Positions 57,101 to 64,000 of a stretch of 64,000 bases of DNA are shown here, in pieces; the first letter of the stretch is position 1; each line of letters starts with the position of its first letter. Location of the stretch: NCBI GenBank assembly GCA_964349485.1, contig CAYGGE010000002.1, positions 5,737 to 69,736 of the forward strand, given 5' to 3'. This DNA is from an uncultured Candidatus Saccharibacteria bacterium. Its GTDB lineage: Bacteria; Patescibacteriota; UBA1384; CAYGGE01. Made by a program: the position numbers and the translations under genes. Below the pieces are notes generated by a model. The model was not told the origin of the DNA and ran no database searches. It worked only from the letters and a program-made list of their open reading frames with translations.

Positions 57101-58447
57101 AATCAAAATGTCTCGGCTCAGATCGTCAATCTCAATGTCTCTGCTGTTTCACTGGCCGCCGACCCAGCCGGTAGTTGTGGGACGGCCTCGGCAGTCAGTT
57201 CGATTCGAATCAATGGCCCTCTCTCGACCATCAGTAAAAAAACTTCGACAGCCGACGTTGAAAAAGGTGAGGAGTTTATCTACTACGTTCGCCTGAATAA
57301 CCAAGGCAACAGTGATTTGTCGGCGACGGCCACCTTAACTGATCAGCTTGATCCTCGCCTAGAGTTTGTTCGACAAGATAGTTGTAAGGTCATCGACGTC
57401 ACCGCTGAAGATGTCGCGCTTGGCTCATTGTGTGGTGCCGATCAATCGCCAAATCCAACTGTCTCTGGCCAAACATTGAGTTGGAGCGTGAGCCGGGTGA
57501 CTGCCAACACGGCGATAGTATATCCAGTTGTGGTTAAGGTTCGTAGTACAGCTACAGCAATCAGCTGTCCTGACCTGATCAACAACGACTTAATCATAGA
57601 TCAGGGTGGTGTGACAGCTAGAGTTAGTTCAGGGGTAAATTTCTACGCGGCCCAATGTCTTGAGGGTAATCTCTACGCCAGAAATGCCAATGCACGCGGT
57701 GGGGTAAACGAAGGAATAAAGATTACGGGTAGCGACGTGATTATCGCCCCGCAATCAGTTCTCGCCTCAACTCAGAGCATAGTCTGTACCTCTCCAAAAT
57801 GCGCCAATGTCCCTTGGAAGATCGCCAATTATGAGGAAGCCACGTCGGTAGGGTTGAACTTTACTGACGTCAAGAAGCGGATGGAGCGCAATAGTTTACG
57901 GGTTTCATCAGGTCAAACCACCTTGAAGTCCAATAATTTGAGTGGCGGCTTCAACTTTTACACGGGGACGAACGATGATAGCTATCGGGCAAAGGCCCAA
58001 TTCCCTGAAGGACGGGTATGGTACACCGGCGGTGACCTGACGATCGACACGGGCGTTACAGGACGAGACTTTGTCTTTACCGGCAAAGGGACAATCATTG
58101 TCGGTGGCAATCTATACGTCACTGGTCAAGGAAAACTCAAATATAAGAGCGAATCGTTTCTTAGTCCAGGCAATTCAGTATCTGACGCGGTTGGATTCAT
58201 ATTGGCTAATGGCAATGTGTCTGTTGGTGCGGATGTCCGTCAAATCGTTGGTGCATACTATGCGCCTAATGGCAATATTAACTTCGACGGACCAGGGACG
58301 GGCCAGCTAAGACCTGCCAATGGTATCTTTATTGGGAGTTCGATCAATGTCGATCGCAATAAAGTAGTCTTTCGCTACAATAATCGGCTGAACAGTTCTG
58401 CTGGTGCGCCACCTGGCTTCTCGTTCGCCAGTTCGCCTGGTAAGTAA
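54131..58447 (+). CDS. Giant (1438 aa) secreted repeat protein, DUF11-like conserved repeat domains. Putative adhesin or pilus-associated surface protein.
   Basis: GTG start with RBS GGAGGGG. Signal peptide. Repeated about 70-aa modules (..NPPNPD.P.L.T..DG.TD...). DUF11-like LSITKTF.. repeats. Confidence 0.75.
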   Translation: MKLRFSGYAHYFVAACFVVGLVLSQGSNPTRAYAAPPCNGAAGLRYTEIATDNAHDQQDTTLYKNLPNGRNPGADPFLAVTASGGQQSRAVIGFDLSALPADIIVHYAQLVLGSPLGSSRVFFSGSRGVSAYRLTQPNWSEIKANWNRYNTFLFGNLAWNSAGGDFDSSDRRAINGVEYACYPEVIEKDVATVTDWVASTLNGTKQLDLLLKQPGVTGVYQFKSSEASGSQGYGDRPALGVVYSHIISGYVFNDSNANGVRENGEVGVSDIPIQLKVSNTSAVAGATASEMGDPGHYRFFKELTGSTANEYLDGTKQYKVEALISGRQRTDSPWVPTTDSPNTTPFANPRRDLGVAYSPIQFCVKDATTGAPIAGADVTVPWTIIRGGSSGQDGHLITDSEGKTDLSKIDYTLVPVGYTGFARVKVNGYQLGAMTWSRILGDSAPKCLPLKPLPKFCVVGQTDSADAVPIVGAHVEPNPPSNDMIRTDLSSPDNRGYLITGNDGRTNPTFLEPDRMSANSTARAKITANGFVTKEEQWTFNGDALQPACFVLTRSDSAPLPTVQFKINDSVTGSGVAGARISGNYILGNPPNPDTPKLVTGSDGKTDTSHVNIPFLQSVGKGGSMGATITHPAYIDKSTTWIYDAILGQLVPITFVPAKLQFCARDIQAITTKIAGVKIELPTAGVIRSNPPNPDAPNLITKADGCTDSTYLDYNTLNNLVSQNQNLTGTKTGYESKTIVWQYLKQANQVVNIDLTRFTPPSADLSITKTFTDGSRVKTLMQGETGTYRLIAKNTSTTVVATDVLIRDIQSDDHPTTDAHRVAWLPNTAESTSNPHQLDWTRTDLQPEQTVTHEPEFIVRCNAPLTSPTSPLRNLALVTATTTDPSPANNTDNDLRLFIVPGDARLSLAVTSTPSVVQSGNSFVLSSQLTNNSLTTDARHVTLSTILPSQLRPQAGSTTGGGIIAGQKISWVIDRLAKGTTSTYSVSATVNQNVSAQIVNLNVSAVSLAADPAGSCGTASAVSSIRINGPLSTISKKTSTADVEKGEEFIYYVRLNNQGNSDLSATATLTDQLDPRLEFVRQDSCKVIDVTAEDVALGSLCGADQSPNPTVSGQTLSWSVSRVTANTAIVYPVVVKVRSTATAISCPDLINNDLIIDQGGVTARVSSGVNFYAAQCLEGNLYARNANARGGVNEGIKITGSDVIIAPQSVLASTQSIVCTSPKCANVPWKIANYEEATSVGLNFTDVKKRMERNSLRVSSGQTTLKSNNLSGGFNFYTGTNDDSYRAKAQFPEGRVWYTGGDLTIDTGVTGRDFVFTGKGTIIVGGNLYVTGQGKLKYKSESFLSPGNSVSDAVGFILANGNVSVGADVRQIVGAYYAPNGNINFDGPGTGQLRPANGIFIGSSINVDRNKVVFRYNNRLNSSAGAPPGFSFASSPGK

Positions 58448-58458
58448 TCTAACTGTCT

Positions 58459-59139
58459 ATGAAGGGAATTGTCATGGATAATCCAATACCGGCCGGGCCG
58501 TCCGATGCTGTCTTCCCTCCACGGGAGGCAAGTCAGCAAGCAAGAAGCATTGCACCAATTACCGCCATTACTCGACCGTACGATGTTATCTTTGCAGTAT
58601 TGGCTGCCCTACTAGTCTTACTTGGTATCTTTATTCTCTATTCCGGTACTGTTTCAACCAATGCCCGGATTAGACGGGCTGAGAGTTCAATTGCTGAGGT
58701 AACAGCGATTATTAATCGAGAGCCCCTAGCTGGTGTAGGTCGTCAAGCCGATCAGTTGGTAGCAGTAGTTGACGGCTACGATAAGGTGATCACCGCACAG
58801 CATGATTTCACACGGTTGCTTGATGATATTGCTGTTCGTGTTCCATCAGAAGTGAAAATGCTATCCATGTCGGCTGATTCAAAAGGTCAGTTCCGATCAA
58901 CTTTACGCGCCAAAAGTTTTATCGCCGCCGGGAAAGCGATTCTCGGCTTACGCCAGGCCAAACATTTAAAAACCGTGACACTTGAGACTATCAGTTTCGA
59001 CCCAAAAACGAGCGCTGATATAGACTTTTCAATTCTAGCGACAGTTGAACTTTCAATGTTGCAAGGTACGGAAGGTACAACATTTGATCAAACATTAAAA
59101 CCGAACCTTTTTGCACCTGATAATATTAAAAGTCAGTGA
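58459..59139 (+). CDS. PilN-like type IV pilus assembly protein (single TM)
   Basis: TM YDVIFAVLAALLVLLGIFIL. Its position in the T4P locus. Confidence 0.45.
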   Translation: MKGIVMDNPIPAGPSDAVFPPREASQQARSIAPITAITRPYDVIFAVLAALLVLLGIFILYSGTVSTNARIRRAESSIAEVTAIINREPLAGVGRQADQLVAVVDGYDKVITAQHDFTRLLDDIAVRVPSEVKMLSMSADSKGQFRSTLRAKSFIAAGKAILGLRQAKHLKTVTLETISFDPKTSADIDFSILATVELSMLQGTEGTTFDQTLKPNLFAPDNIKSQ

Positions 59140-59145
59140 GGAAAT

Positions 59146-59715
59146 ATGAATAGTTACGCCCTACACATTAAACCTTCAGTAATCATTATCGTTAGCTGTT
59201 TATTGTGGGTAATAGCCGGGACTTACTTCTTCGGTTTGCCATTGTCGCGTGAACTGGCAGCGCGAACTGCAGTTCTAGCTCAAAAAGAACGCCAATCAGA
59301 GCGACTAACTAAGCGACAAAAAGCACTTACATCACTGCAAACCAAGCTAGGTAACTACGATGCCCTACTTCAACGACTGTCAATTGCCTATCCGAGTGAT
59401 GAGCAGGTAGTTGAAGCGATGGTACAGATTCAGTCGATGACAGTCCAGGCTGGGCTCAATATCATCGAGCTTAAACCGACACGGGCGCAGGCAGGTGGCT
59501 TACCGGTTAATTTAACCACATCGGGTAACTATGCTAATACGATCGTGTTTCTAAACCAATTGAAGCACAACATTCGTCCAGTAAGAGTTGACGCCTTTTC
59601 TTTGGCTAAAGCAACCGATGGTAGTGAAAATATAATTGCCACCTATCAACTAAGTCTTGGATTTGCTTCAGTAAGTCAAGTAGTAACTTCTCCTTCAACC
59701 AAGGAGAGTCCATGA
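59146..59715 (+). CDS. PilO-like type IV pilus assembly protein
   Basis: N-terminal TM, coiled coil and a C-terminal periplasmic domain. Locus context. Confidence 0.45.
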   Translation: MNSYALHIKPSVIIIVSCLLWVIAGTYFFGLPLSRELAARTAVLAQKERQSERLTKRQKALTSLQTKLGNYDALLQRLSIAYPSDEQVVEAMVQIQSMTVQAGLNIIELKPTRAQAGGLPVNLTTSGNYANTIVFLNQLKHNIRPVRVDAFSLAKATDGSENIIATYQLSLGFASVSQVVTSPSTKESP

Positions 59716-59960
59716 AAATGACCCCAACTGCCATCTTTGGTCTCATTGCTTGTCTAAGCATTGTCTTGATCTATGGTTGGTTAATTCGTGGCGGCTTGCG
59801 AAAGCCAGCAATTAATTATACTCCGACAAATGAACCTGCAGTCACCGCAGACTCGATCTTAACCGATCAATTCTTTGCTAAGTTACAACTACGTAATACC
59901 AATGGACCATTACCGATTACCGTTACCAAAGAGGAGCTGGGAACAACTAATCCTTTTTAG
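59712..59960 (+). CDS. Small TM protein in the pilus locus
   Basis: Overlapping start. One TM. Confidence 0.35.
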   Translation: MKMTPTAIFGLIACLSIVLIYGWLIRGGLRKPAINYTPTNEPAVTADSILTDQFFAKLQLRNTNGPLPITVTKEELGTTNPF

Positions 59961-59965
59961 AGCCT

Positions 59966-62227
59966 ATGAATGCATCAGTTTCAGACTCACCACTACTTGC
60001 TGAACTGCTTAAATCTGGTCGTCTTACGCCAGAGGTTATTTCGAACATCCCAGATGCGGTCAAACAAGCTGATCTTGAGACATATCTGATCGCCGAAAAA
60101 TTAGTCACCGATGCTGAGATTGTTGAGGCATACGCCGCCCTTTATCACTTACCGTTCGTCCGTTTAAGTACTCGCGTTATTGACCCAACAGTGCTACGCC
60201 TAATCCCAGAACTGATAGCTAGACGTTATGATGTTGTCGCTTATCAGAAGGAAGGTGATATTGTCCATGTTGCCCTATCTGCTCCAAAGCGTATGGTTCA
60301 AACAGGGAACGTCGGCCTCTTAAAACGGTTGCAACAAGAACTCAACCTACGTATCGCTCCGGCATTTGCTCCACTATCTGAAATTCGTCAGGCTTTCGCT
60401 GGCTATAATGCACGAGAAGACGAAAAAGATTCCAACTCAGGCGCAAGCCAGGCTTCCAAGAGCGAATCAGTTAATCTAGCAGTCCAAGTCATTCCTAAGG
60501 AAGTTTCATTTGATGGACTGTCGATAGTCCCCGACGTCTTGGCCACTTTTCCCTACGAAGTCGCCAAGCGTTACCAAGTAGTGCCCTTTGCGAAGCCGAA
60601 GATAGGTGCCCTATCAGTAGCAGCGCGCAATCCTGACGATCCTACACTACGAGAATTACTACAGTTTGTGCAGAGTCGAAATGCACTAGCAATTACAGTC
60701 TATCCGGTTAACGAAGCCAATTTTGCCCTAGCACTATCTCAGTATCAAGTAAAATCTGCCGCTGCCCCTAGTGTTGGTGATATTGGAGCTCCACAGCAAG
60801 GAACTATTCAGCCAGTCGATGACCTGCCCGTCGCGACTAGGACTGAGCAGATCATTCCAGAGATAAAATCAGAAGAGGTTTCGACCCTTTCGACAGCCCC
60901 GAAAGCCTTTGATCCAGAACGCTATCATTCATCTTTACCATCAGAAAATCTCATTATCACCAATCAAAATACCGAGAATATTCTTGAGAGCTACTTTGCC
61001 AAAGAGCCTCGTCAAGTTAATGACGTCATCGAAATTGTTCAATCGGGCAATATCCCTCGAGTAGTTGCAGGGTCGATCGCCTATGCAATTATCTTGCGTG
61101 CTTCAGACATTCATATTGAAGCGGCCAAGGAAAAAGTCCGTTTGCGCTATCGGATCGATGGTGAACTGACCGATATCCTCTACCTACCTCGGGTCATGTT
61201 AGCCCCGCTTGTTTCTCGAGTAAAAATCTTGGCCCAAATGAAGATCGATGAAAATAGAGTGCCACAGGATGGTCGTTTTAATGTCAGTTTCCACGGACGG
61301 GAGATCGATATTCGAGTCTCCACTTTACCAACAATCCACGGCGAAAAAGTGGTGATGAGAATTCTAGATCGAGCGGCTGGAGTGATGACACTTGCCGATA
61401 TGGGACTTGACGGAACGAACCTTAAACGAGTCGAATCGAGCATGAACAAAGCCTACGGCATGTTGCTGGCAACCGGACCGACTGGTTCCGGTAAGACAAC
61501 TACCCTTTATGCGATCATGCAACAGATCTCCAAACCTGAAGTCAATGTCGTCACGATAGAAGATCCAGTGGAGTATGAGTTGCCAGGGATCAACCAAACT
61601 CAAATCAAACCAAAGATCGGGTTCAATTTTGCCGATGGGCTCCGAAGTATCTTACGCCAAGACCCGAACGTGATTATGGTCGGCGAGATTCGGGATAAGG
61701 AGACTGCTGAGATGGCGACTCAAGCCGCTCTCACCGGTCACCTAGTACTCTCGACTTTGCATACTAACAACTCTAGTGGAGCCATGCCACGCTTAGTCGA
61801 TATGGGAATCGAGCCTTTCCTAATTACATCTTCAGTCAATGCGGTCATCGGTCAACGTTTAGTACGCCGTATTTGTCCCGATTGTAAGCAAGTGGCAAAG
61901 TTGCCCGAAGCAGTCTTGACGAAAATTGCCAACGAGCTGGCAATCGCCAATGTTGCGTCAGAGCTTAAGGATCAAACCAAATGGCAGATTGTTGCCGCCA
62001 AAGGCTGTGCTAAATGTCACAGCGGTTATCGTGGTCGAATCGGACTGTTTGAGATATTAACTCTAAGTGAAACAATCGAATCACTTGTTGTCAAAGGCGA
62101 ATCAGCTTCGGTTATCGAATCGGCTGCAGTCAAAGAGGGGATGATTACCTTAAAGCAAGATGGTCTGGCTAAGGTTGTCACTGGCTTAACCACGCTTGAG
62201 GAAGTCTTGAAAGCGACTGAGGAGTAG
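59966..62227 (+). CDS. pilB: Type IV pilus assembly ATPase PilB (GspE family) with tandem N-terminal T2SSE_N domains
   Basis: GPTGSGKTTTLYA, Asp box, His box and a tetracysteine motif CPDC...CAKC. Confidence 0.85.
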   Translation: MNASVSDSPLLAELLKSGRLTPEVISNIPDAVKQADLETYLIAEKLVTDAEIVEAYAALYHLPFVRLSTRVIDPTVLRLIPELIARRYDVVAYQKEGDIVHVALSAPKRMVQTGNVGLLKRLQQELNLRIAPAFAPLSEIRQAFAGYNAREDEKDSNSGASQASKSESVNLAVQVIPKEVSFDGLSIVPDVLATFPYEVAKRYQVVPFAKPKIGALSVAARNPDDPTLRELLQFVQSRNALAITVYPVNEANFALALSQYQVKSAAAPSVGDIGAPQQGTIQPVDDLPVATRTEQIIPEIKSEEVSTLSTAPKAFDPERYHSSLPSENLIITNQNTENILESYFAKEPRQVNDVIEIVQSGNIPRVVAGSIAYAIILRASDIHIEAAKEKVRLRYRIDGELTDILYLPRVMLAPLVSRVKILAQMKIDENRVPQDGRFNVSFHGREIDIRVSTLPTIHGEKVVMRILDRAAGVMTLADMGLDGTNLKRVESSMNKAYGMLLATGPTGSGKTTTLYAIMQQISKPEVNVVTIEDPVEYELPGINQTQIKPKIGFNFADGLRSILRQDPNVIMVGEIRDKETAEMATQAALTGHLVLSTLHTNNSSGAMPRLVDMGIEPFLITSSVNAVIGQRLVRRICPDCKQVAKLPEAVLTKIANELAIANVASELKDQTKWQIVAAKGCAKCHSGYRGRIGLFEILTLSETIESLVVKGESASVIESAAVKEGMITLKQDGLAKVVTGLTTLEEVLKATEE

Positions 62228-62320
62228 TGGTGTTTGTAACACTTCGGATGATAAACAATGCTATACTATAGTTCATAGTACCGAAAAACCTGCTGATTAG
62301 TACCTGTTTAAGGAGGAGTG

Positions 62321-63418
62321 ATGGCTGACAGCCAACCGTCTGCACAAGTCGCGATTAGCACTGCGTCGACCCGCATGAAGAAACTACTCGATGAGGCGAT
62401 TGCGAAGAAAGCTAGTGATCTACATGTGGCTGTTGGTGTGCCACCCATCTTGAGGGTAGACGGGAAACTTGCAGCGGTTAGCGGGCAGGATCCGCTTACG
62501 CCTGTCGAAACCCGAAAACTGGCGGAAAGTCTCATGACTGAGGCCCAGCTTGAACGGCTCCTTGAGCAACGCGATATTGATTTCTCATTCGGTTATCAGA
62601 CAATGCGTTTTCGAGCTAATATATTCTTTGAACGGGGGAGCATCGGGGTGAGTCTACGTCTTATCCCCAAGGAGCTTCAATCTATAGGTGACCTAAAATT
62701 ACCGAGCTTTCTGGAGAAATTTACCTTACCGACTCAGGGTTTGGTACTGATTACCGGTCCAACCGGTCACGGTAAGACCACTACCGTCTCTGCCCTGATC
62801 AAGCATATTAACGATACGCGACGAGAGCATATTATTACGATTGAAGATCCAATCGAGTACATCTTTGAGCACAAGAAGAGTGTTATTCAGCAACGAGAAG
62901 TTGGTAGTGATGCCACAAGTTTTGCGAGTGCACTTCGAGCCGCCTTGAGAGAAGATCCGAACATTGTTGTCTTGGGCGAGATGCGTGACCTGGAGACAAT
63001 TGAAGCGGCTTTAACCGTTGCTGAGACCGGTCATCTGGTGTTCGCTACGTTGCACACAAATAACGCCGCTCAAACCGCTGACCGTATCATCGATGTTTTC
63101 CCGCCTCACCAACAGACCCAGATACGTAGTCAACTGGCCAATGTTCTCCTAGGAATTGTGTCTCAGCGGTTGCTACCAAGAGTCGCGGGCGGCCGGATCG
63201 TGGCGGCTGAAATAATGATTGCCAATGCCGCAGTTCGTAACTTAATTCGTGAGGGTAAGGCCCATCAGCTCAATAACATCATCCAGACTTCAGCGGCTGA
63301 AGGAATGATCGGTCTCGATAAGATCCTGGCTGAGTTAGTGACCAAGGGTGAAGTGACGATTGACGACGCTTTAACCTGGGCGAACGATCCAAAGCAGTTC
63401 AAATCAATGGTGTATTGA
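62321..63418 (+). CDS. pilT: Twitching motility ATPase PilT
   Basis: GPTGHGKTTT. LREDPNIVVLGEMRD. RBS AGGAGGAG. Confidence 0.9.
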   Translation: MADSQPSAQVAISTASTRMKKLLDEAIAKKASDLHVAVGVPPILRVDGKLAAVSGQDPLTPVETRKLAESLMTEAQLERLLEQRDIDFSFGYQTMRFRANIFFERGSIGVSLRLIPKELQSIGDLKLPSFLEKFTLPTQGLVLITGPTGHGKTTTVSALIKHINDTRREHIITIEDPIEYIFEHKKSVIQQREVGSDATSFASALRAALREDPNIVVLGEMRDLETIEAALTVAETGHLVFATLHTNNAAQTADRIIDVFPPHQQTQIRSQLANVLLGIVSQRLLPRVAGGRIVAAEIMIANAAVRNLIREGKAHQLNNIIQTSAAEGMIGLDKILAELVTKGEVTIDDALTWANDPKQFKSMVY

Positions 63419-63532
63419 ACACAATCTTAAAGCCAAATTACAGATGTTAATTTTAAAACTCAATTATAAAAATATTGAAACAGAAATCTGACAAATATTT
63501 TATAATTTGACGACGGAATACGGATTTAGCTC

Positions 63533-64000
63533 ATGACAATGCCCATCATCAACTACGTTTCAATCCGCGATAAGGCATTTCTGTCACGCCAGTTAGCGAC
63601 CATGATGAGTAGTGGTATTCCACTAGCCCAGTCGATCAACGTGCTGGTGGCTGAGACAGACAATCCTCTGATTCGGGGGACACTCAGTCAGATTGTTCAT
63701 GATCTCGAAGGGGGACTGTCTTTTTCATCGGCGATTGAGAAGCATGCCTATCTCTTTAACAGTACTTATGTTGCCGCGACACAGGCTGGTGAGGCCAGCG
63801 GTAAGCTTGAAGATGTCTTGCTTGATTTGGCGCTCCATATCGAGCGAGAGAGCGCCGTTGTCAGTAAGATAAAGAGTGCGATGATCTACCCGGTCTTTAT
63901 TATCCTGGCTATGTTGGCCGTCATTACGCTCATGATGATTCGCGTTTTGCCTCAACTCAAAGTCATCTTCAATGAGAGCGGAGTTGAGTTACCGGTAGCT
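63533..64000 (+). CDS. pilC: Type IV pilus platform protein PilC (GspF family). N-terminal part; it continues beyond the window.
   Basis: MTMPIINYVSIRDKAFLSRQLATMMSSGIPLAQSI... GspF repeat. Confidence 0.75.
   Translation, partial: MTMPIINYVSIRDKAFLSRQLATMMSSGIPLAQSINVLVAETDNPLIRGTLSQIVHDLEGGLSFSSAIEKHAYLFNSTYVAATQAGEASGKLEDVLLDLALHIERESAVVSKIKSAMIYPVFIILAMLAVITLMMIRVLPQLKVIFNESGVELPVA

Overview
The window reads as a small-genome bacterium of roughly 48% GC. Its gene content resembles a CPR/Patescibacteria-like organism, possibly Saccharibacteria-like; that is an inference from gene content, not a verified assignment.

Main contents, in order:
- A 3' fragment of fpg/mutM, two tRNAs and a small terminator-bounded RNA candidate (1-1400).
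- A GlmU-like nucleotidyltransferase, recO, several promoter- or RBS-supported mini-ORFs, a CAP-domain secreted protein and glyQS.
- A GC-rich, strongly structured ~400 nt non-coding segment ending in a clean intrinsic terminator (about 6930-7340). I could not place it in RNase P, tmRNA or SRP from sequence.
- An unusually complete dcw (cell-wall and division) cluster: mraZ with a TTGACG-N17-TATTAT promoter and 10-bp-phased GTGG repeats consistent with an MraZ operator, then rsmH, ftsL, ftsI, mraY, a 58-aa CxxC mini-gene, pgeF, murD, ftsW, murG, murC and murB followed by a second murB-like paralog.
- A convergent t6A block with tsaD and a TsaC(YrdC)-TsaE fusion.
- A short MurF-like ligase, ftsQ, recJ, radA, a PIN-TRAM protein, a PBP1A with a C-terminal Fn3-like extension, tyrS and argS.
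- A membrane protein with a degenerate PP2C-like domain, a PCD/DCoH dehydratase, an M32 carboxypeptidase, tRNA-Pro(GGG), an M50 protease, rpmB and a duplicated zinc-ribbon protein.
- A probable degraded integrative or prophage remnant of about 5 kb: a HEPN-like ORF, a ~62% GC foreign ORF, a small terminase subunit and a large serine recombinase missing its catalytic domain. It abuts a tRNA-Trp/rpmG/tRNA-Thr/Thr/Tyr cluster.
- A DUF1003-like protein, a trmL with an in-frame TGA at a conserved Gly codon, a TPR protein, holB and a MacB-like ABC pair.
- A PEP-utilising enzyme split into two ORFs.
- A 1438-aa secreted repeat protein of DUF11-like type, directly upstream of a type IV pilus locus: pilN/O-like, pilB, pilT and the start of pilC.

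No CRISPR array, reverse transcriptase or rRNA was seen.

The feature list gives coordinates and evidence for these. The findings give the observations worth a second look, with the unclassified structured RNA, the trmL in-frame TGA, the tRNA-Trp-associated element and the TsaC-TsaE fusion ranked highest.
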